From: Candidatus Thermofontivivens primus
Lineage (GTDB): Bacteria > Sysuimicrobiota > Sysuimicrobiia > Sysuimicrobiales > Thermofontiviventaceae
NCBI GenBank assembly: GCA_031458695.1
Contig: JAVKJW010000006.1
Location: forward strand, 9,530 to 73,529
DNA length: 64,000 bases
Reading direction: 5' to 3'
Numbering within the stretch: the first letter of the stretch is position 1; each line of letters opens with the position of its first letter. Under the pieces are notes generated by a model. The model was not told the origin of the DNA, made no database searches, and saw only the letters and a list, made by a program, of their open reading frames with translations. Position numbers and translations under genes: made by a program. This document shows, one piece after another, positions 51,879 to 61,522 of this stretch.

Positions 51879-53456
51879 TCACTCTGCAGAAAGGATGAGG
51901 AGCGCGTCGGGCTGCCCACCCGCGATGACCTCTACGGCCACCCCCACAAGATGGTTCCGTAGCTCCCTGGCAATTTCCTCTACAACCAGGGTGTCAACCT
52001 CCGAGCCTGGATAGAGGGTCAGTACTTCCTTCCCTCCCTCAAGAAGGTAAGGGAGGATTCCCTGGATCGCCTCTTGGAGCGTAGATGCCAGGATCGCCTC
52101 TTCCCCCTCCACTATTCCCTTGAAGCCCTCTGTCACCTTTACGATCACACCTGTGCGTACCGCACGAGCGGCCTCACTCATCCGTTGGAGGTTCTCCTCT
52201 AATCCCGCGTCCGGTTGCCAGGCGAGAAGCGCGGCTACCCCTTGGGGCTGGGTGCGTGTAGGGACGATGGCGATCGAAGTGGGAGAACGGGAACGGACTT
52301 GCTCGCAGGCAGACCAGCAGGCGGGGAGATTCGGAAGGAGGATCACCTGGTCGCTCCCAACCTCCCGGATGGCCGTCTCCAAATCCTCTGGGCCCACCGT
52401 CATCGCATCGAGGACCTTCGTAGCCTTGAGGCTGCGGAACAAGGCGATGAACCCTTCCCCGGATGCACAAGCGATCACAGGAACCTTCGCCTCGAGCGCA
52501 ATTGCTTTTGCCCGCTGCAGGGGGAGCGGTTCCTCCCGGTGACGGCGCAACAGCTCGGCACGTTGCTCGCGCATATCCCTGACCTGCGCCTCGACCAAAG
52601 CCCCACGTTCTAGACAGAGTTGGAGAACCCTCGTGGGGTCGTCCGTGTGGAGATGGATCTTGATCACACCTAACCCGCTGGTGACGACCAAGCTTTCCCC
52701 GGATCCAGAGAGGATATCGGCCAGCCCGCTGGGGTCCAGCTCAGTGCGCAGGGAGATTTCCACGTCGTAAGGCGAGGAGCCCATCGCAGGGATCGTGGAG
52801 GGGTTGAGGACATAGCGCTCCTGGCGGGTTGGGAGGGTACGGTTGGTCACGGCCTCCCACATCCCCTCGAGGAAATAGGCAAGGCCCTGCGCCCCAGCGT
52901 CCACAACACCCGCGCGTTTGAGCGGAGAGAGGAGTTCAGGTGTGCGCGCCACCGTTTGATACGCGGCTTCCGCAATGCCAGCGAAGAACTCGTCCAGGGT
53001 CGTCACCTCCCTGGCCAGGTGCTCCGCCCTCGCCGCGCACTCCCGGATCACTGTGAGCATCGTCCCTTCTACCGGTCTTGCCACCGCTTGGTAGGCCGCT
53101 TCGCTGGCCCGCTGGAAGGCGAGGGCCACCTCCCTCACACCCGCTTCAGGAAGACCTCGGAAGGCCTCGGCAAATCCCCGGAGGATCTGGGAGAGGATTA
53201 ACCCCGAGTTCCCCCGTGCCTCAGAGAATGCACCCTCTGCGGCCGCTTGGGCAAGCGGACCAAGCTCCGTCGCAGGGGAGTGTTCCACAGCTCGGCAGGC
53301 CGCCCTCAGGGTAGCCACGAGGTTATCTCCTGTATCCCCATCGGGTGCAGGGAAGATGTTGATGAAGTTCAGATCCTCCTGATGGGCGGCAAGCCTACGC
53401 ACCGCGGACATGAGGAGGAGACGGAAAGAAGCTCCTGACAGCGTCGCAAGCGCCAT
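51879..53456 (-). CDS. DAK2-domain protein (FakA/YloV-like fatty acid kinase ATP-binding subunit)
   Basis: INIFPAPDGDTGDN, ARGNSGLILSQ, PVEGTMLTV, GVVDAGAQG, KIHLHT, GGQP. Confidence 0.88.
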   Translation of the reverse strand: MALATLSGASFRLLLMSAVRRLAAHQEDLNFINIFPAPDGDTGDNLVATLRAACRAVEHSPATELGPLAQAAAEGAFSEARGNSGLILSQILRGFAEAFRGLPEAGVREVALAFQRASEAAYQAVARPVEGTMLTVIRECAARAEHLAREVTTLDEFFAGIAEAAYQTVARTPELLSPLKRAGVVDAGAQGLAYFLEGMWEAVTNRTLPTRQERYVLNPSTIPAMGSSPYDVEISLRTELDPSGLADILSGSGESLVVTSGLGVIKIHLHTDDPTRVLQLCLERGALVEAQVRDMREQRAELLRRHREEPLPLQRAKAIALEAKVPVIACASGEGFIALFRSLKATKVLDAMTVGPEDLETAIREVGSDQVILLPNLPACWSACEQVRSRSPTSIAIVPTRTQPQGVAALLAWQPDAGLEENLQRMSEAARAVRTGVIVKVTEGFKGIVEGEEAILASTLQEAIQGILPYLLEGGKEVLTLYPGSEVDTLVVEEIARELRNHLVGVAVEVIAGGQPDALLILSAE

Positions 53457-53472
53457 GGAAGGATCCCAGGGC

Positions 53473-54057
53473 CTAGAACACGATACGCCGGCCAGCCCGG
53501 AACGCCCGGAGGTCTGGAGTCAGCTTGATCAGGCAAGCCACCCCAACGATGGCACTCCCCACGACCGCCTCCCACGTCCTCACAAAGCCCCAGGCCACGA
53601 GGGGGAGCGTCGCATAAGCAACACCAGCCCCCGCGTAGCTATCCTTGACCACAAGGATCACCACGCCCGCGATGATGGCCCAGGCAAGGATCACCCGGTA
53701 GTCCAGGGTCAGGATCATCCCGGCGGTCGTCGCCACACCCTTCCCTCCTGCGAATCGCAAGGGGAGCATCCAGTTGTGCCCAACGACGGAGAATGCCCCG
53801 GAGATCCATCCCCACCCAGGGAAGAACCAGTTGCCTAAGTATGCCGCTAAGGCGCCCTTGCCGATGTCGAGGATGAGGCCCAAGAACCCCGGGAGGAAGG
53901 CCACGTTGCGCATGTTGTTCATGCTGCCTACGTTTCCCCCGTCCACCTCCCGGAGGTCCACACCTGCGAAGACCTTGGCGGTCACGTAGTTGGCAGGGAA
54001 TGAGCCGAGGAGATAACCTAATAAGGCCAAAAGGAGACGGCTCGACACCCCGCTCAT
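53473..54057 (-). CDS. plsY: Acyl-phosphate:glycerol-3-phosphate acyltransferase PlsY
   Basis: GYLLGSFP, DLREVDGGNVG, LDIGKG, VVGHNW, FAGGKGVAT. Confidence 0.88.
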   Translation of the reverse strand: MSGVSSRLLLALLGYLLGSFPANYVTAKVFAGVDLREVDGGNVGSMNNMRNVAFLPGFLGLILDIGKGALAAYLGNWFFPGWGWISGAFSVVGHNWMLPLRFAGGKGVATTAGMILTLDYRVILAWAIIAGVVILVVKDSYAGAGVAYATLPLVAWGFVRTWEAVVGSAIVGVACLIKLTPDLRAFRAGRRIVF

Positions 54058-54111
54058 GGTATCTCCCTCCTTTCCGCTGGATTGGGATTTCCCTTATTCC
54101 TCTCCCCCCTT

Positions 54112-55014
54112 TCAACGGCTCCTGTCTCCATTCTCCTTCCCTTGCGTGCTGAACAGGGCGAAGCCTACGAGTCCGGGCCCAACTGCAGCGGTGATGACAG
54201 GCCCGGCGTGGGTGCGGATCAGTTCCTCCATACGCATCCGTTCGGCAAGTTCTCGGGCAAGCCACTCTGCAGGTTCCTCATCTCCTGTGTAAAAGACGGC
54301 GCACTTCACAGGCTTACCCTCAAGCCCTTCACTGGCCAAGGAGACAAGGCGTTGCATCGCCCGGCTCCGGCTGCGTACGCGTTCCACGAGGGCCACCTCG
54401 CCCTCACGGATGGTGAGGATCGGCTTGATGTCCAGAAGCGTCCCTAGTGCTGCCTGGGCGCGACCGAGCCTCCCAGTGTGGTAGAGGTGACGGAGGTCAT
54501 CGAGCGCAGCGTAGAAACGCATCTGCTGCATCAGAGAGTCCCCCATCTCTAGGATCCTCTCTGGGGGCTCACCTCGGCGTGCTGCCCGAGCTGCCTCGAT
54601 GACCACCCACCCGCTCGCCAAGCTCCCTCCTCGGGTGTCCACCACGTGGATGTGCGGGTACCCCAGCATCTGCTTTGCGACGAGGGCGGACTGGTACCCA
54701 CCGCTGAGGCGGGCAGAGATACAGAAGCAAAGGATCGTCGCGCCTGGTACCTGCTCCAAAGCCTGCCGGAACGCGTGGAGGAAGTCCGCTGGCCCGGGGT
54801 TTGCTGTTTTTGCCAGTTCCCCGCGGGAGAGACGTGCCATCACCTGCTCAACGGTGATGTCTACCCGATCCCTCAAGACCTCCTCGCCGAAGCGGATGTA
54901 GATCGGAACGAGGAAAATCCCGAGCTCCTGGACCAGCTCCTCCGGGGGATCCGTCGCCGAGTCTGCAACAATCACCACCGGGCCACTGGAACTGTTCGGA
55001 TCTCGCACCTGCAT
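54112..55014 (-). CDS. DegV family fatty-acid-binding protein (FakB-like)
   Basis: IVADSATD, KTANPGP, ISARLSGGY, VVDTR, GRLG, LDIKPIL, VGPG. Confidence 0.9.
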   Translation of the reverse strand: MQVRDPNSSSGPVVIVADSATDPPEELVQELGIFLVPIYIRFGEEVLRDRVDITVEQVMARLSRGELAKTANPGPADFLHAFRQALEQVPGATILCFCISARLSGGYQSALVAKQMLGYPHIHVVDTRGGSLASGWVVIEAARAARRGEPPERILEMGDSLMQQMRFYAALDDLRHLYHTGRLGRAQAALGTLLDIKPILTIREGEVALVERVRSRSRAMQRLVSLASEGLEGKPVKCAVFYTGDEEPAEWLARELAERMRMEELIRTHAGPVITAAVGPGLVGFALFSTQGKENGDRSR

Positions 55015-55057
55015 AGCCCCCTCCACCAGTATACCGCCCTGGTCACCCTCCTCACAA

Positions 55058-55087
55058 TTGACAGGTCCTTCCTGCTGTCCCTATGAT
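55058..55087 (+). promoter_or_regulatory. Sigma70-type promoter for the PLP lyase gene (a divergent TTGTGA-18-TATACT toward degV is possible)
   Basis: TTGACA-18 bp-TATGAT. Confidence 0.65.
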
Positions 55088-55128
55088 GGGGCAAGAAAGC
55101 GATCTCAGTGGCAGAGGGGAGGGACCCC

Positions 55129-56310
55129 ATGGACCACGGATGGGGATTTCAGACGAAGGCCATTCACGGGGGTACAAACCCGGACAACAACAAGTCTGTG
55201 ACCGCACCCATCTACCAGACCTCGACCTTCCGCTTCACCACCGTAGAGGAGGGAGCTCGCCTCGGTCAGGATATCGGCCCCGGGTACTATTACACCCGCT
55301 GGGGGAACCCCACCACGCGCCTCTTTGAGGAGAAGATGGCCCTCCTGGAAGGTGCGGAGGATGCCTTGGCTACCTCCTCGGGAATGGCGGCAATTTCGAC
55401 AGCGGTCCTGTCCTTCATCCAGAAGGGAGATCACGTCGTTGCTCCCCGGGCCATCTACCAGGCAACATATGAGCTTTTTCAGGAGGTCCTCCCGGATTTC
55501 GGTGTGGAGGTCACCTTCCTGAACGTTCCAACGGTCGAGGAGTACGAGAGAGCCCTGCGCAAGAACACGCGCCTCCTCTATATCGAGACGCCCAATAACC
55601 CGCTGCTTCAGATCACCGATATCGCGGCTGTTTGTGCCCTCGCCCGTGCCCACGGCGCCCTGACCATTGCAGACAACACCTTCGCCACCCCCTACAACCA
55701 GAACCCCCTCTCCCTCGGTGTCGATGTGGTGGTTCACAGCGCCACCAAATACATTGGCGGGCACTCCGATGTCACCGCGGGAGTGATCCTGGGGAACCGA
55801 GAGCGGATCCAGCAGATCAAGCACCGCTTCCGTATCTACGGCGGGGTCCTTGACCCCTTTGCCAGCTGGCTCCTCATCCGGGGAGTAAAAACCCTCGGCC
55901 TCCGCATGGAACGGCACAACGCCAACGCGCAGCGCCTCGCTGAGTTCCTGGCTAGCCATCCTGCCGTGGAGCGGGTGTATTACCCCGGGCTTCCCTCCCA
56001 TCCTGGCCACGATGTCGCTAGGCGTCAGATGCGCGGGTTCGGGGGGATGCTCAGCTTTGAGGTAAAAGGAGGATTCGAGGCAGGGGTACGGTGCGTGGAA
56101 GCGTTGCGGGTGTGCACCCTGGCTGTCAGCTTGGGAGGGGTAGAAACCCTTGTCACCCACCCTGCCTCCACGAGTAGCGTGGGAATCCCCCGCGAGGAGA
56201 GGATCCGGGCAGGGATCACCGACGGACTCATCCGCGTCTCCGTGGGAATTGAGGACATCGAGGATCTCCTCCGTGATTTCGACCAAGCTCTCGAACGCCT
56301 CTCGGTGTGA
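55129..56310 (+). CDS. PLP-dependent trans-sulfuration enzyme (methionine gamma-lyase / cystathionine gamma-synthase family)
   Basis: PIYQTSTF, YTRWGNPT, SSGMAAI, DNTFATP, HSATKYIGGHSD (PLP Lys), AVSLGGVE, IRVSVGIE. Confidence 0.92.
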   Translation: MDHGWGFQTKAIHGGTNPDNNKSVTAPIYQTSTFRFTTVEEGARLGQDIGPGYYYTRWGNPTTRLFEEKMALLEGAEDALATSSGMAAISTAVLSFIQKGDHVVAPRAIYQATYELFQEVLPDFGVEVTFLNVPTVEEYERALRKNTRLLYIETPNNPLLQITDIAAVCALARAHGALTIADNTFATPYNQNPLSLGVDVVVHSATKYIGGHSDVTAGVILGNRERIQQIKHRFRIYGGVLDPFASWLLIRGVKTLGLRMERHNANAQRLAEFLASHPAVERVYYPGLPSHPGHDVARRQMRGFGGMLSFEVKGGFEAGVRCVEALRVCTLAVSLGGVETLVTHPASTSSVGIPREERIRAGITDGLIRVSVGIEDIEDLLRDFDQALERLSV

Positions 56311-56357
56311 AGAGTGTGCGCAAGAAAGACCCCTTACCGATGTTGGGGTGAGCGCGC

Positions 56358-56789
56358 ATGGAAGGGACTGGCTTCAGGCTCAGGGCGATCCCGGGGAAAT
56401 TCGTGCACGTGCGGATCCCTGCCTCCCTCGAGCCAACCATGCGCAGAGTGGCTGCGCGGCTTCATGCGCCTTTCTTCGTCTCCTTCGTGGGCGGATCTAC
56501 AACCCTCATCGTCCTCGAGGAGGAGTGGGAGCTGGAATCGAAAGCATTGCCTGGAGCCCAAGCAGAACGCGGGTTCAGCTTGCTCTCCCTCGAATCCCCT
56601 CAAGGAAGGATGGACGTCGAAACCCTTCGGCGCTCTCAGGATTGGCTCCTCTCTCGCCTCTCTGACCCGGCTCCCGAGGTCCTCTGGCTTTCCTCATTCC
56701 ACCGTGATTACCTGCTCGCCCGGGAGGAGGATGTCCCGCGCATCCTCGCAGCTCTGGGGGAGGATCCAACGACCCCGTCGACATCCTGA
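56358..56789 (+). CDS. ACT-domain (CASTOR/ACT_7-like) small protein
   Basis: Tandem ACT-like size (143 aa). C-terminal LSSFHRDYLLAREEDVPRILAAL resembles the ACT_7 S-x-F-x-x-D-Y-x-L motif. Confidence 0.55.
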   Translation: MEGTGFRLRAIPGKFVHVRIPASLEPTMRRVAARLHAPFFVSFVGGSTTLIVLEEEWELESKALPGAQAERGFSLLSLESPQGRMDVETLRRSQDWLLSRLSDPAPEVLWLSSFHRDYLLAREEDVPRILAALGEDPTTPSTS

Positions 56790-56807
56790 AAAGGGGTGTG
56801 GAAGCGC

Positions 56808-57560
56808 TTAAAGCCACTGTCGGAGGAGAGGTGGAATCTCAGAAAGGGAGGTCACCACAGCGTCAGGGGAGAACGAGGCGAGGGAAAAATCGTTTTTGGG
56901 ATCAGGCTCCACGGCCACGAGAATGGTGCGCATCCCAAGTGCACGCGCCGGGACCAAGTCAAAATCCAGAGTATCCCCCACCATGACAACCTGGGAGGGG
57001 AGGATCTTCCATGTGTTCAGGACGTGGTGAAAGATCTCTAGGTGGGGCTTCCGCCAACCGAACGCTGCAGAGGAGATGATGGGATCGAGGTACCGGTCCA
57101 GACCTCCCTGCTCGAGAACCCTATGAACGAGCCAGTCGCTCGTCGCGTTCGAAATGAGACCAAGGCGGAGGTCCATGCGGGACAATGCTTCCAGGGTCTC
57201 CCGCGCGTGCGGGTACGGCCGACTCCCCTGGAGCTCAGGGGCAAAGAAGATACGCACAGCCTGGAAAAGGAGGGAGTCCGAGGAGGGCAGGTTGAGGGAG
57301 GCGAACAGCTCCCCGATTGCCCTCTCGACAGTGTATTCGCGATGGTGCTCTTCTGCCCACCGAAGGCCTTCCCGGCGGATTTCCTGGAGCAGCCTGCTGA
57401 CCCTCTCCTCGTCCTGGATCAACCCCTGCTGGCGCAGCCAGGCACTAAGCCTTCGGGCGTTCGGCTCCTCATACTGCCCGTGGTCCCGGTAGACGAGTGT
57501 GCCCCAGAGATCGAAGATAACGCCTTGCACAGGCCCTGGACGATGTTCCCTCTCCCTCAT
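56808..57560 (-). CDS. HAD-family hydrolase
   Basis: VIFDLWGTL, GLISN, RKPHLEIF, MVGDTLDFD. ATGA overlap with divIC. Confidence 0.9.
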   Translation of the reverse strand: MREREHRPGPVQGVIFDLWGTLVYRDHGQYEEPNARRLSAWLRQQGLIQDEERVSRLLQEIRREGLRWAEEHHREYTVERAIGELFASLNLPSSDSLLFQAVRIFFAPELQGSRPYPHARETLEALSRMDLRLGLISNATSDWLVHRVLEQGGLDRYLDPIISSAAFGWRKPHLEIFHHVLNTWKILPSQVVMVGDTLDFDLVPARALGMRTILVAVEPDPKNDFSLASFSPDAVVTSLSEIPPLLRQWL

Positions 57561-57961
57561 CGGCGCAATACTTTCTCCCACCAACGCTTCGGGTGATCCC
57601 CCTTTGGCCTCTCCTGCGGTGATTCCACCGGAGAGGGTGTCTCCACAATTCGCAGGGCGATCTCCCCAGGTTTCACCAGGCCAAGCCTTTCCCGGGCAAG
57701 CTTTTCCACGTATTCTGGCCGCTGGAGGAGTTTGATCTCCTCGCGCAGCTGGGCATTCTGGCGCTGCAACTCCCGTCTCTCCTCCGCGAGCTTCGTAGCC
57801 TCCTGTTTCAGCTGGAACACTTTCAGGTAGGTCTCCACGAAGGAGATCGCAACGAAAAGCGCCACGATCAAGATCCCGATGGAAAGGAGCCATCGCCGGT
57901 GCGATGAGCTGGATCTTTGAAAACCCCTCTCTCTATGACGAAGACCTTTCTCTCGACGCAT
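57557..57961 (-). CDS. divIC: Septum formation initiator FtsB/DivIC
   Basis: TM helix, coiled coil, EYVEKLARERLGLVKPGE, directly after eno. Confidence 0.9.
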   Translation of the reverse strand: MRREKGLRHRERGFQRSSSSHRRWLLSIGILIVALFVAISFVETYLKVFQLKQEATKLAEERRELQRQNAQLREEIKLLQRPEYVEKLARERLGLVKPGEIALRIVETPSPVESPQERPKGDHPKRWWEKVLRR

Positions 57962-58013
57962 CCTCTCCAACCTCACGCTTCTTGCTTAACGCCGGCACAA
58001 TGCTTCGATTCCA

Positions 58014-59324
<1,311 letters not shown>

Positions 59325-59588
59325 TCACCATGGGAAGTCCCCTTGGACTCGCTCCACCACCTCGTACAGGGGAGTGCTGGATCCTTTGGTAGTAGCAGGG
59401 ATCGCCGTGATTCTCGCGACCAGCCGATGCGAGCCAAAATCAATCTCCACCAAGTCCCCGATGTGGACCTGCTTGCTGGCCTTGGCAGGATGGGTATTGA
59501 CCTTGACCCGCCCCAAGTTGCACAGGGTATTGGCGACGGTACGCCGTTTGACCAACTTGCTGACCTGCAGGTACTTGTCCAACCGCAT
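59325..59588 (-). CDS. S4-domain RNA-binding protein (YabO/RqcP, Hsp15-like)
   Basis: MRLDKYLQVSKLVKRRTVA...GRVKVN...AKAS..V..GD, located after mazG. Confidence 0.9.
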   Translation of the reverse strand: MRLDKYLQVSKLVKRRTVANTLCNLGRVKVNTHPAKASKQVHIGDLVEIDFGSHRLVARITAIPATTKGSSTPLYEVVERVQGDFPW

Positions 59589-59614
59589 TCCTGGTTTGTC
59601 TGTGAACGCACGCC

Positions 59615-60394
59615 TCACGGCTCCTTCGCTTGTCGCCAGAGGTCCAAGAGATGACCCAGGTCCTGCTCCTTCATGGATCTCCCTTCCGCGGCCAGCTTCG
59701 CTTCCACCCACTGGAACCGATCGATGAATTTCCGGCAGGCCCCCCGCAGCGCTTGCTCCGCATCCACCCTAGCTAAGATGGCCACGTTCAGGAGGGTGAA
59801 CAGGAGATCCCCAAGCTCCTCGGCAATTCGGTCCTTCTCCCCCGTTCCCAAGACTCCTGCAAGCTCCTCCAGTTCTTCCCGGGCTTTGTCCATTGACGCG
59901 TCCACATCGGGCCACCTGAACCCCGCCGCGATGGCCCTCTCCTGGAGCCTCTGCGCCCACATCAACGCAGGCAAGCTGGGAGGTATCCCCTCCAGGAGCG
60001 AGGCGGCTGCATCCCGTTCTTGCTGCTTCAGCGCCTCCCAGCGCTCGACGACTTCCTCTGGCGTCTCCGCCCGGGCATGACCGAACACGTGAGGATGACG
60101 GCGGATCAGCTTTTCCGTCAGCCCTGTCACGACATCCTCGATTGTAAACTTCCCCTCCTCCTTGGCCATCTGCGCGTGGAAGACCACCTGAAGGAGAAGG
60201 TCCCCAAGCTCCTCGCAGAGTTCCTGGGGATCGCCACGGTGTACCGCCTCGACGACCTCGTAAGCCTCTTCCACAAGGTAGGGGAGGAGGGATTGCGGCG
60301 TCTGCGCCCGATCCCAGGGGCACCCTTCTGGCCCCCGCAGTTTCTCCATAGTCTGGATCAACCTCTCAAAGAGGTCACCGGCGCGTTGCTCCAT
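59615..60394 (-). CDS. mazG: Nucleoside triphosphate pyrophosphohydrolase MazG
   Basis: LRGPEGCPWDRAQT, EEAYE, EELGDLLLQVVFH, KLIRRHPHVF, second EELGDLLF. Confidence 0.96.
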   Translation of the reverse strand: MEQRAGDLFERLIQTMEKLRGPEGCPWDRAQTPQSLLPYLVEEAYEVVEAVHRGDPQELCEELGDLLLQVVFHAQMAKEEGKFTIEDVVTGLTEKLIRRHPHVFGHARAETPEEVVERWEALKQQERDAAASLLEGIPPSLPALMWAQRLQERAIAAGFRWPDVDASMDKAREELEELAGVLGTGEKDRIAEELGDLLFTLLNVAILARVDAEQALRGACRKFIDRFQWVEAKLAAEGRSMKEQDLGHLLDLWRQAKEP

Positions 60395-60416
60395 GAGCAG
60401 TCTCCTCCGATCTCGC

Positions 60417-61385
60417 TCACTCTTTGGGACGGTCGAAGCGGACGATCTTGGCCTTGGCCCGTGTTTCCCGGAACCACCGGTCAAAGCGCTCCTCTGCTTT
60501 CTGCTGGCGGAGGGTCCGCTCGATCCGTTCCTTGACCTCTTCGTATACGGCAGGCCGGGCTGGCTTCCGCTCCAGCACCTGGATGAGATGGTAACCCTGG
60601 GAGGTTTTCACGGGACCGCCAATCTGCCCAGCCGGAAGGCCGAAAGCAACCTTGGTGAATGCCTCCTCGTATTGCCCACGGGTGATGAACCCAAGATCGC
60701 CCCCCTTCTCCTTAGTGTCCAGATCGATGGAGTGTTGCCGAGCGAGGGTCGCAAAGTCCTCCCCGCGTTGGAGCTTGCCCTCGACCACCTTCGCCTCCGC
60801 CTCCGTGCGTACCAGGATGTGTCGTACGTGGACCTGCTCCGGCTCTCCAAGCTCCCCCCGGTGCTTCATAAAGTATTCCTGTACCTCCGCCTCCCGGACC
60901 TCTTCCCCGGTGGCAAGCATCGCGATGATCCGGTTAACGGTCTGGTCCACGCGGATGCGCTCGCGGAGGTTCAGGAGGCTGAGGTTTCTCGCGGCCAGGG
61001 CTTCCTGGAAAGCCTCTTCGGATCCGAACTGCTCCCGGATCGCGGCAAGGCGCAGGTCCACCTCGTAATCTGTGGCTACCTGCCCGAGCCGGCGAGCTTC
61101 CTGCATCAGGATCTTTCGATCCATGAGCTGGTCGAGTACAGCTCTCTTCAGCTCCTGGCGCTGACTCTGGCCCTCCTGTCCCTCAAAGGTGAGGCCGTAC
61201 TGGAAGGCGACCAGCTCCACCTCCGCCTCCACGTCGCGCTGGTAGATCGCTTCTCCATTCACCACAGCCGCGAGTGCAGTCACTTGCGCCATCGCCCTGG
61301 TCAGGTACACCGTCCCAACGGTCGCGAGGCCCATACCCATCACAGCAACAATTACGGCGATCGCTCCCCTTCCGCTCTTCAACAT
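60417..61385 (-). CDS. PrsA/SurA-like parvulin peptidyl-prolyl isomerase (foldase)
   Basis: N-terminal membrane anchor, AVVNGEAI, VRHILV, DFATLARQHS, GGDLG, PVKTSQGYHLI. Confidence 0.9.
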   Translation of the reverse strand: MLKSGRGAIAVIVAVMGMGLATVGTVYLTRAMAQVTALAAVVNGEAIYQRDVEAEVELVAFQYGLTFEGQEGQSQRQELKRAVLDQLMDRKILMQEARRLGQVATDYEVDLRLAAIREQFGSEEAFQEALAARNLSLLNLRERIRVDQTVNRIIAMLATGEEVREAEVQEYFMKHRGELGEPEQVHVRHILVRTEAEAKVVEGKLQRGEDFATLARQHSIDLDTKEKGGDLGFITRGQYEEAFTKVAFGLPAGQIGGPVKTSQGYHLIQVLERKPARPAVYEEVKERIERTLRQQKAEERFDRWFRETRAKAKIVRFDRPKE

Positions 61386-61442
61386 CTCCCTCCTCCTTGT
61401 TCGATCTCAGCACTCCCCACACCACGCGTGGCATGTTGCAGG

Positions 61443-61480
61443 CCCAGTGAAATTTTGGCCACAGCATTCGTTGGGGTTAC
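61443..61480. repeat. Degenerate palindromic repeat copy between mfd and the foldase
   Basis: CCCAGTGAAATTTTGGCCACAGCATTCGTTGGGGTTAC. Confidence 0.45.
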
Positions 61481-61522
61481 CTCAATGCCCGAAATTTCGC
61501 CTTCCGCAAAGCTTGAGGAGAA

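Noticed and set aside
55105..56286. 393-aa minus-strand ORF
   Set aside because: Antisense shadow of the PLP lyase.
59615..60394. MazG as an anti-phage or toxin-antitoxin component
   Set aside because: Two-domain housekeeping MazG in the conserved mfd-mazG-yabO-divIC neighbourhood.
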